Positions 38,490 through 50,548 are shown, numbered from the stretch's first letter. The stretch: DNA of 64,000 nucleotides from Nemertoderma westbladi (GCA_032718475.1 JAUCBJ010003419.1:1-64000), one strand, 5' to 3'. The notes: a model not told the origin generated them from the letters alone. Translations and numbers: made by a program.

Positions 38490-39668
38490 ATGGATAAAAT
38501 AGTTTATCTACAAACTGGTTCTAAATTGGTATACATTAACTTATCACGGGTACAACAAGATGAAGGTGATAATACTGGAGAGTCTATGGACCTCGATGTA
38601 ATAAATGGTGACGTTGTATGTGTTTTTCCAAAACCTACCAAATTCAATGTAGCAACATTGCATGAAAATGAATTTGATAAGTTTGTGACGAAAAATGCGA
38701 ATCAATTTAGTTATGGAGAAGATAAGATTAATTATCAAGGATGTTTTTTATGGGATTTCGGGAACTTAGTTAAAGGATATTGGTTTCCTCTGGGAAAGAT
38801 CTGTTTCGGCTCCATCGCTTACGATGCTGATAACTTGAACCTCCTACTACTCGGCGATAAAGAAATTTCTAAAGCCATAATGGCTATTTCTTCACCAATT
38901 TTTGATAAGACTGGTAAATCAGCAGTAACTAGGAGTTTATCCAGAGTTAAAGAAATATTAAACGAGGTGGCACCCCATTTACCTGAAGCCAAAGTATTGC
39001 TTAATATGATAGAAAAGAGAATCACCTGCATGGGAGATGTGAAGGACGACTCAAAACTAAGAAAGTTTAAATTTATTGTTATTGAAGGCTTGGATGGAGC
39101 AGGGAAATCTACTCTAGTGAAAAATTTAGCGAACCATATTGGTGGGACGGCATTGAAATGTCCGGGTAATTCGGTGCGTCACTTAGCGGACGGGTTCAGT
39201 GTCTACAAATTGGGAGTTGTATGGAGGGCGTACTACTACGCTAGCAGTTATATAACCGCTGCAGACGTGATTACTGCACTCAGGAAAGGTCCCGTTGTGT
39301 TAGACCGGTTTCGACAGACGACCACGTCGTTCGGAATGTCCACATTTCTGGGGGGACTCGATCTCAGTTACCTCCCCAGCACTGGGGATCCCATTTACGA
39401 ATGGCCTGGCGATTTAATCACTCCCGACGTGGAACTTTATATTGTGGTGTCGGAAGATGAAAGGAACAGAAGATTAAGGAAACGCCCCGAACTTGTTACG
39501 GTAACGGAAGAGCGGTTGGAGAAGGATTGGTTGTTTCGAAACGGAATAACTGAGGTTTATAGTAGATTACGTGACTCAGCAACCTTCCCATGTGAATTTA
39601 TTGATGGGTCTGGGCCTACTGAACAGGTGCAGTTAGCTGCCCTACAAGCACTATCAGATATAAATTAG
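38490..39668 (+). CDS. CMPK2: UMP-CMP kinase 2-like (thymidylate kinase family), 392 aa, intronless
   Basis: P-loop IVIEGLDGAGKST; RAYYYASSY, PVVLDRF, LPSTGDPIYEWPGDLITPD (cf. CMPK2 LPPAHHPVYQWPEDLLKPD); long N-terminal extension as in CMPK2. Confidence 0.82.
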   Translation: MDKIVYLQTGSKLVYINLSRVQQDEGDNTGESMDLDVINGDVVCVFPKPTKFNVATLHENEFDKFVTKNANQFSYGEDKINYQGCFLWDFGNLVKGYWFPLGKICFGSIAYDADNLNLLLLGDKEISKAIMAISSPIFDKTGKSAVTRSLSRVKEILNEVAPHLPEAKVLLNMIEKRITCMGDVKDDSKLRKFKFIVIEGLDGAGKSTLVKNLANHIGGTALKCPGNSVRHLADGFSVYKLGVVWRAYYYASSYITAADVITALRKGPVVLDRFRQTTTSFGMSTFLGGLDLSYLPSTGDPIYEWPGDLITPDVELYIVVSEDERNRRLRKRPELVTVTEERLEKDWLFRNGITEVYSRLRDSATFPCEFIDGSGPTEQVQLAALQALSDIN

Positions 39669-40151
39669 AAGTTAAATGAGAAATGCCTTGGTTTGAGATT
39701 AATACTCAACTTATTTGGAATATTTTGGGTTCTATATAATTTTACATTCCACCTTTAATTTAATTTAATTCAATTTCTTAAATTAGTGTCAAATTATTTG
39801 GTTACTGCGACAAAATTCAACTGACTGCAATGCAATATTATTATTCTACTGCAGCGTGTATCGTTTCTTATTATGTTAATCATTCATAATTATTTGTTAT
39901 TTATACATAAAAATAATAATAATTATTACATATTAATAATTTATTAATGATAAGAAAATTATTTTTTACAAGGAATATATTGTTTTAATTAAGGTAAGGT
40001 GAGGTGACCCCCACTAACGAAATTCAAACATACAGGGTGTTCGCCAGAATATGTTACGGTTTCATTCTTTAACTCTCCTGCACTTTGACGAAAATTGTTC
40101 ATTTTGGTTCCAATTGAAAGCCAGATTATAAACTTAGACTTTGGTATAAAA

Positions 40152-41391
40152 CAGGGTTGTTTGATATAAATCATTTGATTTAAATCACATATAGAAAATC
40201 AAAAAAATCAGATTTTTTTGATTTTTTTAAAATCATGAATTTTATCAACCATACTGTAACGCCAGGAGAAACATTGCATTATTGATTATTAATAAATGAT
40301 TGAAATTAACTACATATTTACATGAAAATACAGTATCCATATGTCACATTTTCAATACCATACAGTATGCAGAGGCCCATTAATTAAGTTGTAGTAGTCC
40401 TATTCAGTTTGTTGTTTATTTAGTTTATATTCGAATTCGGGATTTCCGGGATCGGGACCGGGATTATCACTCTCGAGATCCCGTTTTACGGGATCGGTAT
40501 TGCAATTTTGGATTAAATTCATCAAAGGTAATAGTATATGTGCGCGTTTTCGGTAACACTCACTTTATCTTACACTTCTGAAATATTACTGTACTAAGAT
40601 AAAGTTATATTAAAATTATCTTATAAATTATTACTGGATGGTTTACTGAAATAAAAATTAGATATAATCAAAACATTTCCGTTCTGCTGGAATTTTTTTT
40701 TAGATGTTCAACAAATTTAATTAACCATTTAAACTTCGGGATCCCGTTCCAAAAAAGTCTGAATCGGGATTGGATATTTCGCTGGGATTCCGGTTTTTCG
40801 GTATAAGGATCGGGATCCCGTATAAACATTAGTGCAAGAAGTTTTCACAATGTTTTCATATAAAATCTGATTTAAATAAAAAAATCTGATTTAAATAAAA
40901 AAATCTGATTTAAATAAAAAAATCTGATTTGAATAAAAAAGTGATTTAAATGGGTGACTACAAAACAAAGACCAAAGACCCAAATAATAAAGACCTGCAT
41001 AAATCTTGAAACATGTGTTAACTTTCGTTTATTGTGGTTCCCCCAACAAGCCTCTGTAACATGCTCCTTTACTAACTTGTTCCTTTAAATGTCAATGTAA
41101 TCTAACGCTCTTTGGGACCTGTACAAAATAAAGAGGTAAAGTCGCGTTACGTCCTAAAGGGCGTTAGGTCCCATTGCCATTTACAGTAGCAGGTTAGTAA
41201 AGGAGTAGGTTACAGAGGCGTGTTGGGGGAGCCAAAACAATAAACGAAAGTTAACATATGTGTTTCGTACAGGTCTTTGTTATTTGGGTCTTTGCTTTGT
41301 AGTCACCCGATTTAAATAAAAAAAATCTGATTTAAATAAAAAAATCTGATTTTTTTGATTTTTTTTTAAATCATGATTTTTATCAACCCTG
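40152..41391. mobile_element. hAT-like MITE inserted in the left mariner TIR
   Basis: CAGGGTTG...CAACCCTG, 8-bp TSD GTATAAAA; subterminal AATCTGATTTAAATAAAAA repeats. Confidence 0.85.
40952..41308. mobile_element. MULE-like MITE nested in the hAT MITE
   Basis: TIR GGGTGACTACAAA / TTTGTAGTCACCC, 9-bp TSD GATTTAAAT, largely palindromic. Confidence 0.8.
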
Positions 41392-43303
41392 GTATAAAAC
41401 ATGATGTGGTTCTCGAATGCCATCATTGCCATAGCAACGCTTAAAAACAAATCCAGTATTGTGATATGATCATCAATGTGATATTAATATGATATTGATG
41501 CGATGTTAATTAATTTCATTTTTAAATGACATAACAGTTTGTTAGAAAATTTCACAGTTTAAAACAAACAAATTAAAGTGGAGCTAGAACAAAAGTCAGT
41601 ATACTTCGATGTGGGCGCCACCAACAGCTTGGACCTTCTTCAGTCCTTGTTTCATTTCACCATGAGATCTTTTGTAAATGAGACAGAGGGACATCCTGGA
41701 ATGCCTGACAAATGGCAGTCTGGAGCTCATTAAAGAGTACAAGTTAAGAATACAACATTTTTTTTAATGTACGTAATTCCTACGTATATGTGTAAAAGTC
41801 CTATATGTATTTTGTATGTATTGATTTTTATGTACAAATATGAAATACAATGTAAACTTGAAATTAATAAGTACTATTTAATACACCACGTTTGCATTTT
41901 TTGTCACTTATTTATAATATTATTATCTATAGTATTATAAAAAAAGTTCATCTTAATTCATTCAATTTTAAATCTCCTTTTAATTAAAATATATTTGGTA
42001 AACATTCTGGTGCTTAGGCTGTAATGATTATCTTTAATTAGTGCAATATTCAAATGTTTACAATGCAAACTTGTTAATTAATAAGTATTATTAAATACAT
42101 CCCATTTTAATTTTTTGTAACTTTTTTTTATAATATTATTATCGTATTATAAAAAGTTCCCTTTTTTAGCAGCTGCCCCCGTCGCACAAATTTGCTTCCG
42201 GCGCCCCTGCCAGTACCTAAAGCAACACGTCGCAATGATGTTCGTGGGTTATTCTGTAAGGTTTGTTTTATGCTGTCTACTTGTTCTTGCGTTAGTGATG
42301 TGTGTCCTGAGCCACGCTTCCTCAATAGAGTCTTTTCATTGTGGAACTTTAATACCAGCCTTGCGATATCCATGCGAACTGGACGCCGTTGGTTTGGATA
42401 CTCATGGCCAAACTGTAAAGCAGTTAGCTTTTAAGTAAGTTTTGATTATAAACGCTTTCTGATCAACTGTAAACATTGTTACAGCATTAAAATAACAACA
42501 AAAATCCACGAAAATAACACGAAAATAGAAACCTAAACAAGACTAAAATAACCACAAAAACAACCACAATTTACTGTTTGTTGTAAAATAAGCCAGTCTG
42601 GAATATAACTTGTTATCTAGTAACAGTAACTAATTCAAAATGTTTAAACCTTTTTTTAGTTTTTACCTTTTTTTAGAACCTTTTCATTTTAAAGCGTTGC
42701 TATGGCAATGATGGCATTCGAGAACCACATCATGTTTTATACCAAAGTCTAAGTTTATAATCTGGCTTTCAATTGGAACCAAAATGAACAATTTTCGTCA
42801 AAGTTCAGGAGAGTTATTAAAGAATGAAACCGTAACATATTCTGGCGAACACCCTGTATTTAAAATACTTTGCATGTCCAGCTTTCCATCGGTACGTTAC
42901 GGAGAAACGTTTTGGAAATTCGTGTACCTATAATTTTAAATCGAAAATTACAATTCTGGCTACCCAGTAAGGACGAGTTTGTGAAACTATCTCTGTTTCA
43001 AATTTCATGCAATCTCATTAACATTTGTAGACAAATTTGACGGGCTGTGGGTCACTGAATTATGAAACTATACTCCGATGCACGGTGTTGTAGTGTCGCT
43101 AAAGGGTCGTCCTTAAATTACGTAACGCTTTTTGGAGGGTTTTTGACCCCTCCCTCCCTCCCCACTCATCACAAAGTGTCACGATAGCTCCAAATATACC
43201 AAATTGTTCACGCAATATGTTCCAAATTTAATAACAATGTATTTATCTGAATATTAACATGAAATAATATTTATTCTTGTCCATTACGTTTTGGTCAGCA
43301 CAT

Positions 43304-44090
43304 TTAAAACTTAGTGGCGTACGGGGTAAACGGAAGTCGCAGCAAAATCGTGAATGATATGAGCATCGAGGACAGGACGGAAGCGTTTGTATCGCGTATC
43401 AAAACCCATTCCGAGAATATAAACCAGTGCATCAAATACCAGTTATTGCAATCCCCGTCTTCTCCATAATCAGTATCGTCCTGATCGCGACACAGAACTA
43501 CAGTACGTATACCAAACAGAATGTCCTGTAAAATTTCCCTCTCCATTTAACTCCAATAATATATTGATGATCTTCTGCAAAGAGACGTGAATGTCTCCAC
43601 ATTAATAAACAGCTCTGATTATTCTGAGTTTTTGTAGAGCATGCAACAGTATGTTGGGAACCATGGTCAGCACTTACGTATTGACCAAGTGCAGGGTCCT
43701 GAGGCTCATTGGCCGTTCTGCTGCTCCCAGATGAGTAATATGCCAGTACATAAAAGTTCGAGGTATACCTGGGGGTATTTGATTTGCCTATCAGTCTTTT
43801 ACACATACATCACATGGAAACATTTATTTCCCAAACATGGGTCATTCTTAAAAAAAACAGTTAAAGAAACCTCCACATTCCTATTTTAGAAATCCCCCCT
43901 GTTTGATCGTTACATAGATGTGGTTGAACACTTCGCGCGTCTTATAATATCCGGGAGACCGATTTTATTCACATAGACAGCCGAGGTTGGCGCCATAACT
44001 TCACATCGGATTGACCCACATTGTGGTACCCATGGTAAAGAGACCCACAGGCGGGGGCCAGATCCCGTATCCTTCGAGGGTCGTCCCATC
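43304..44090 (-). pseudogene. Frameshifted fragment of a DOCK1-5-type (DOCK180) Rac GEF, end of DHR-1 and following helices
   Basis: TVACSTKTQNNQSCLLMWR (cf. TLVCSTKLTQNVDLLGLLKWR), ILQDILF, LVFDALVYILGMGFDTRYKRFRPVLDAHIIHDFAATSVY (cf. [39 protein letters not shown]) in different frames; upstream boundary approximate. Confidence 0.75.
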
Positions 44091-44635
44091 ACATACAGAG
44101 TAGCCTACTGATGACGAATGGCTTTCTTTACTAGTATATCAAGGAAATCTTTTTCGAGAAAGGGCAGAGCCATTTTTTTGTTTTTTAAATTTTTTACAGT
44201 TGTTACAAAATTCAGATAATATTAAACAATACCCAGCACCAGCTGACGTTACTAGGCAACAAATGTTAGAGGGAACTTGGAAAATGAAAAGTGTACTTTG
44301 CCCGCCCCCAACACAGAAAGTCTCTATGATGTATGGAGCATACTACTGTACTACCCCACCCTGCCGAACTGCGCCAACACCCCCGGTCTGAGTCCGCGTT
44401 AGCCAACCGGATCGACGAGTCGGTGACTGCCTCCCGCACCGGTCGCCTAGCAGCCGAACGGTAACCGCGCAAACCTATTACACAATGTATGGAATAAAGT
44501 TTGTAATTAATATTTGAATTATTTAATATATACATACAATATTGTTTGTACAATTATTTACAAAACTTTTTACATTTACAGGTTATTATTAATACTTAAA
44601 CCGTCTAAAACCCTAAAAGTAGGAGTTTATGTGAG

Positions 44636-46570
44636 TTAAACAGCTTCGATTATGACTCCGAGTTCTATTAATATTTTTTTCTGAAACTCTTCGAACTCAT
44701 CGAACTCCATTCGATCCTTCTGATTCAATTCCTCCTCGGTAGGGACGGGTATGGCAGCGTTAGCGCGTTCCTTCGACTCATGCGATTCGCGCTCCCGTTT
44801 TATTCTGAGTCCTTCCAACTTCCGTTCCTCAACATACGTGATCCGTTTGGTCTCTCGGTCCAGATAGTACGACATACTCTCCTCCTCTCTTGGTAACGGG
44901 TGTCTCAGACTCCAAGGCACTTCTAAAACGTGTAGGGTCCCAATAGAGTCGGCCGCGGCTAATAGCTGTTGCTTCTTACTGATTCGCCACGGGGAGAGAC
45001 ACATTATAGAGTGCGGAGAAACGTCCTGCACCATCGATGCTTCCTGAGTTTTATCGAGTAAGTCGTAGACTTGTATTTGCCCGTCTTCCCGTCCCACGTA
45101 GAATACCGACGGGCGCGTGGGACTCCAGGCCCCCGACGTGAGTCTGTGTTGGGAGGGAGCGCTGCTTAGCAACGGACCTTCCTCTATCCCTTCCTTCCAG
45201 ATACAGAAGTTCCACCCGCCGACTGAGAGTAGAATATCGCGGAAGAAAGGACTCCGTTGCAGCGTGTTAACCGGCCCGTCGTGGACCGAACGCACGAACA
45301 GGGGCCGCCTGTGAGTCATGCGACCTGTGTCTGGGTCCTTCTCGACCGACCAATCACAGTAAACCAACTCCCCGTCCTCAGTACCAACGTAAAATTTCGT
45401 AGAAATTTCATCCAAAGCTATTTTCGATTTCTCCGGCACTTTAGTGTATCCATACTTGGATACGGATTTGCTCGGCCTTTGTTCCTTCACAGACGGCTCT
45501 TCTTTCTTCGGCAGGCTACTCCTATCCCCTTGGACTTCGGGATGGGAGTACCTTGTAGGAGCAAACTCCCCACTTCCGTCTAGTTTCGGAGTAGAAATCT
45601 TCATAATGGGTTTCCAAGTTAAATCCAAGTGTTTAAAGGTGGTGGGAGTGGCCAGTGGGTTGTCCTGCGTGGGATTGGGAGCGGCTCCTTTAGGGAGCCG
45701 AGTCTCCCAATACATAACGCTCCCGTCCGTGGAGGTGGAGACCAACTGGACCGATTGCAACTTGGGGTTCTCGAAGACCTGCCCCGTTCGCGTGATTTCG
45801 ATGTGATCCGGTAGCCAATGTATGTCGGACACGCACATAGCGTGCCCGGACTCGACGCTGGACAGCGCGCAATAACGGACAACTGGAGTCTCTATGAGAC
45901 TCTCGTCTTGGTATCCTGGTAACGACATCATGGTGTTCCTTTGGTCGCGTTTACTATGTCTTGATGATTTCAGCCGCTCCATCCATCTACTCATGTCCCA
46001 CAAGACAACCTGACCGTTTACGCAGCCTCCCGCAACTATATGAGGCTCCGTGGCCGAGAACTTGAAACAGAAGATATCGTCAGGCGCTTCTAGTATAATC
46101 TGTGGGTGGATGGGGTCCTGGAAGCTCCAAATGAGAATGAGTGCGGGGTTCATTATCATTTTGTGGGAATTATCGACACGCTCGTCGAATGAGGCCCGCT
46201 CGGCGCAGGCCACCGCCACAATTCCTTTAATAGTCGGATGCCACTCGGCCGCCGTTATAGTTTTATCACGAGAGAAGACGAGATCCGTGAAGCTCTGGTA
46301 CTCTTTAAGATGATTTTCGGCTTTGTTGCCGAATGCGTCATCCTGCCCTAAGGCCAACCAGTCGTCTATGAATGGGTTCATTATCTCGTTCTGCTGAAGG
46401 GCCCTTTCGAACCGCGGACAAACTTCCTCCATGAACTCTTTGAGGTTGAGATCGAGTAGCATGTCTTCAGATTCGGCTTCGGTGAAGGTTCGCGGTTCGT
46501 ACTGGACCGCTGCGTTCTTGGGATAGTGCCACTCCGTCTGGGCCGTTCTATTAATTACTTCGGGTACCGC
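44636..46570 (-). CDS. DNAI3: Dynein axonemal intermediate chain 3 (WDR63/IC140), coding exon 2
   Basis: Acceptor TTTTCAG|GCG in frame: AVPEV...QTEWHYPKNAAVQYEPR; LKEYQSFTDL, LIWSFQDPIHPQ, AGGCVNGQVVLWD, FYVGTEDGE, QRSPFF, WSPTRPSVF, GTLHVLEVPWSL. Confidence 0.92.
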   Translation of the reverse strand, partial: AVPEVINRTAQTEWHYPKNAAVQYEPRTFTEAESEDMLLDLNLKEFMEEVCPRFERALQQNEIMNPFIDDWLALGQDDAFGNKAENHLKEYQSFTDLVFSRDKTITAAEWHPTIKGIVAVACAERASFDERVDNSHKMIMNPALILIWSFQDPIHPQIILEAPDDIFCFKFSATEPHIVAGGCVNGQVVLWDMSRWMERLKSSRHSKRDQRNTMMSLPGYQDESLIETPVVRYCALSSVESGHAMCVSDIHWLPDHIEITRTGQVFENPKLQSVQLVSTSTDGSVMYWETRLPKGAAPNPTQDNPLATPTTFKHLDLTWKPIMKISTPKLDGSGEFAPTRYSHPEVQGDRSSLPKKEEPSVKEQRPSKSVSKYGYTKVPEKSKIALDEISTKFYVGTEDGELVYCDWSVEKDPDTGRMTHRRPLFVRSVHDGPVNTLQRSPFFRDILLSVGGWNFCIWKEGIEEGPLLSSAPSQHRLTSGAWSPTRPSVFYVGREDGQIQVYDLLDKTQEASMVQDVSPHSIMCLSPWRISKKQQLLAAADSIGTLHVLEVPWSLRHPLPREEESMSYYLDRETKRITYVEERKLEGLRIKRERESHESKERANAAIPVPTEEELNQKDRMEFDEFEEFQKKILIELGVIIEAV

Positions 46571-46692
46571 CTGAAAATGATTATTATAAAAAATATTACC
46601 AAAATATAAAAACTGATAGCAGAGATAGTCTGACTCTTAATTAAATTATTTATATTAATTATAAATTGAATGCGACCCCTAGATAAAGCAAC

Positions 46693-48276
46693 GGTATACA
46701 GACGTTTCGGTCTAGGACGTTTCGGTCCAGGACGTTTCGGCCCGGACATTTCGGCCCGGACGATTCGGCCCGGACGATTCGGCCCGGACGTTTCGGCCCA
46801 TGACTGTAACCGAATGAAAAGGCCAACTTGTTTGATATGATAATAATTATTCATTAAAATTATAATTATTTCACAATAACATACAAACACTTAATGAAAT
46901 ATCTTTCATGAAATGGCTATTTAATTTATTTAAATCAAAATAAAATACACATTATGCATGTGGTGCTCTGCCCCATTATGTTTTGCGGCCGAAAAAATGC
47001 AAGTCAGAACAAAACGTTTGGTACCGAGTACCACATTGCTAATAAACTACTAAAGCGAATCAATTTCACGAACCATTTAGGGCTTAAATCTCGTGTGATC
47101 GATATATTTTGGAGATACTTCATTAGTTTAATTAAACATTACTCAATTAATAATTCTTGTAGCTGGACAGTGTATTGCAGCTATGTCTTAATGATCTGTT
47201 GAAACAATAACTCTCATCTCGATGATAGATGATTTATACCCATGGATAACGACGTATAATGCGTTTATTAATACATATTTTATTTCACTTCACATCCACT
47301 CTGGTCCTTTTAATACGCATATAATTCCTCTAAATTTAAATTTAATACCCATATATTTCATCTAAATTTAAATTTAATACCCATATATTTCATCTAAATT
47401 TAAATTTAATACGCATATATTTTATCTCATTCTATATGACATCCAGTCTATGTCATAATTATTAGCAATGCTCCTTTAATGGAATATTTCTTATCTATTA
47501 TATTTTTAAGTCTAACATTAAAATACAGTAATAATTTTAATTCGGTGTAATTTAATCTACTTTATTTATTGACTCACATTTTAAAATACTGTACGTATGT
47601 TTTTAACTATTACTTTACCTTTATTACTTTACCTATTACCTTTACTATTACTAACTTTTAACTATCTAACTGTATTAACTAAAGTTAATTTGTCAGCATA
47701 TGTTATCTTTGTTCTAAGTTACAGTGTAAAGATGATAGAAAAAATAATAAAGTATTGAGGGTCTTTAGCTGGTTATATTATATTAGTCTGATTATAATAG
47801 TCTGATGCAGACCGGTAGGTCGAAAACGTTTACTATTGTATCTTTATCTAATATAATATAACCAGCTAAAGACCCTCAATACTTTATTATTTTTTCTATC
47901 ATCTTTACACTATGCTGCCGCTGGTGAATGCCTACCACTTCATCCGTTCGTTTTCTAAGTTACAGTATGGTGTAAATTTATATTAATAAATAATAATAAT
48001 AATAATATTACATTAGTTATTATTTATAAATATAATGTAGAACTTCGATCTTAACGACTTTGAAACAAGTGTCGGAGCAGTTCCTACTGACAACTCCTCT
48101 TGTAACGAACGTAACAACTACAAAACAAATATATTGAATAACTTATTATTAATAGCTTATTTAAGGGAGTAAAGTGAATCTTTGGGCCAAAACGTCCGAC
48201 AAGCAAATCTTGTATTTCATTTATTGGGCCGAAACGTCCTAGGCCAAAACGTCTTAGACCGAAACGTCTGTTACCC
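46693..48276. mobile_element. MULE/foldback-like non-autonomous element in the DNAI3 intron, inserted in a SINE
   Basis: GGTATACAGACGTTTCGG / CCGAAACGTCTGTTACCC termini, GGACGTTTCGGCCC subterminal repeats, 8-bp TSD AAAGCAAC. Confidence 0.8.
47795..47837 (+). ncRNA. Minimal type I hammerhead ribozyme-like motif (degenerate) in a probable Penelope-derived insertion
   Basis: AATAGT-CTGATGCA-GACC GGTA GGTC-GAAA-ACGT-TT-ACTATT: stem I, core, stem II, palindromic stem III. Confidence 0.55.
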
Positions 48277-48914
48277 AAAGCAACACTGTTTGGTCACTTT
48301 TTTTAAATTGTTGTAGCCTAGCTCAACCCATGCTTTCACCCTTGACAGGTCGATAAATGGGAACCAAGAACAGAGTGGAAGAAGGATTTACTGTGGAAGA
48401 TCACACAAGGCATTTCCTGGCTTAATGACCCCAGAAGATTCCCATTAATGTAAGTAATTGTTAGTGCAATAATAAATAAAATAAATAAGTATTGTACACA
48501 TGGTTTTATTTTGTCCGCGATCTAACCTCTGTAAAATATTTACTTTCAGTTCATGTATACACATTAAGTTTTGTAGTTTTCGATTGATAATTCGCAACAA
48601 GATTACATTGTAATCTAATTACTTAATTAATTTCCAATCCCCCCTGGTGCAGATTTTTATGAGTATTTTAAAATTTCAAATCGTTTGTTAATAGCTAATG
48701 TAGTTAAAAAGTTATAACCTTAACCTTACTCTGTGTAAGAGTCTGTGAAACCTGTCAGTCTGGGATTGTGTTTCTGACAGTTTGTCTGTCAAAATATAAC
48801 AAAAGGATTATTTTTCTTTCTAGCTCAAAATTTTGTTATGGTGGTTTTCCTGGTCGATGATTTAATTGCAATCGTCAGTTTTCACTTTTAACGAAAACTA
48901 TTATATCTATATCG

Positions 48915-49135
48915 GGGTCAGAGTAAAACGCGGATCCGGATTCTACATTTAACATTGTCCGGTACGGAAGTCGATATTTTTTTACATTTTTATAACTCCC
49001 AAAAATAAAACTATAACCTGTTCAATTGACTTTAGTTTATTGTTTTGGTTAAAATAACGTGCCACTGTAACCTGCTCCTTTCCCTTAATTCATAATTTTG
49101 GAATCCGGATCCGGATCCGCGTTTTACACCTACCC
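48915..49135. mobile_element. MULE-like MITE
   Basis: GGGTCAGAGTAAAACGCGGATCCGG / CCGGATCCGCGTTTTACACCTACCC, 9-bp TSD TCTATATCG. Confidence 0.8.
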
Positions 49136-49485
49136 TCTATATCGGTCTATATGTCTGTCTGTCTTTTGTCCGGCGAACTGTCTGTCAAGGTAATAGGAAG
49201 TAATCCAAATTTATTGCAAAATCTGTTGAAAATCTGGCAAAAAATAGGTTTTTTTAAAATAATTTTTGGACATATAGGCATTTATCAAAATTATGGTAAT
49301 AGCGTCGTTTCATGATGTCATTGTACGCAAATGATGTACTTTTGGGCACTTGATAGCCATCCCTCTAAAAGCCTTTAAAATCCCTTTAAAAAAACAATTG
49401 CATAAACTATGTTAATTAGGTTAAAATTAAAAATTTTGAAAAAAAAATTGAAAATTGCTTTCCATACATGACACATGTGTAGGCA

Positions 49486-50428
49486 CACCATGTACTGGAA
49501 TATAGTGTGTCGTTATTCAGGTACTTGGTTATCCAGCCAACCCAACCTCTTCTACAAATCTTAATGATATTGCATGAAATTTGAAACATATATATATAGT
49601 TTCCATCAACTCCTCCTGGGTGGGTGAGTCGGAATTTATATTTTATATTTTTGCTCTCATTCTTTACCTACAAACGTTTAGAAAATGTGTCTCCTGTGAT
49701 ATTTCATCAGTTACATTGAAGTTAATCTTCAATCATATAGTGATTTGTTGGGTACGAGTAGAAAGCTGGCCATGCAAGGATTCCGAATATGTAACACAAT
49801 CTGAATTTCGTTTTAAAGTAACTGAGATATGAGCGCTCAAAAGATGCATGGTTTTTGCAGCTGCGCGAGGCTATTTTTTTCTATTAAATAAAACCACAAT
49901 ATTCTAGAACATTTTGTTTATGTATGAATGGCTATGTAAGAGTATGATTAGATATTGCATTGTTGCCTAGCTACGTATGGGATAAACAAAATTTTCAGAT
50001 ATGGTGTATTTATTCAATAGAATAAAATGGCCTCGCTCATATGCAAAACCATGCAACTTTTTAACGCTCATATCTCAGCAGTTATTTTAAGACAAATTGA
50101 GATTATGTTACATATTTGGAATCCTTTCATGGCCAGCAATGTCCATTGCATGGCCATGACATTGCATGTCCATGTCCTGCAGCAATATCGCCGGAGCCAC
50201 CTTTTCTAAACCCAATGCTTGTAGATGAAAAATGTGAGCAAAAGTAAAAATACTGACTAACCCACGGAGGAGTTGCGTCTGCGTGAAACTATCACTGTTT
50301 CAAATTTCATGTAATCTCACTAAGATTTGTAGAAAAAATTAGAAAAAAAATTTTTTTTTTTTTGGGGGGGGGGTGGTGGGGAGTGGGCCAAATACCTGAA
50401 TTACGACACTATCTTTCCGGACATGGTG
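49486..50428. mobile_element. Second copy of the palindromic CACCATGT MITE
   Basis: CACCATGTACTGGA ... TCCGGACATGGTG|TA; colinear with 30177-31076. Confidence 0.8.
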
Positions 50429-50548
50429 TACCAAATGTTAATAAATTTGGGTAAAACGAAGTCTCCTAGATAAGGGAACGAAAATTTTTAGTTAACTAGT
50501 CACCCCCCCCCCCCCCCCCCCCCTTTAAACCAATAATAAAATACTTCC

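Larger units (their letters stand above)
40033..42856 (-). mobile_element. Internally deleted Tc1/mariner-superfamily transposon
   Basis: TA|CAGGGTGTTCGCCAGAATATG long TIRs (left one interrupted); minus-strand HTH remnant DIARLVLKFHNEKTLLRKRGSG...NPRTSLRRVA and C-terminal AVGGAHIEVY* near 41600. Confidence 0.85.
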
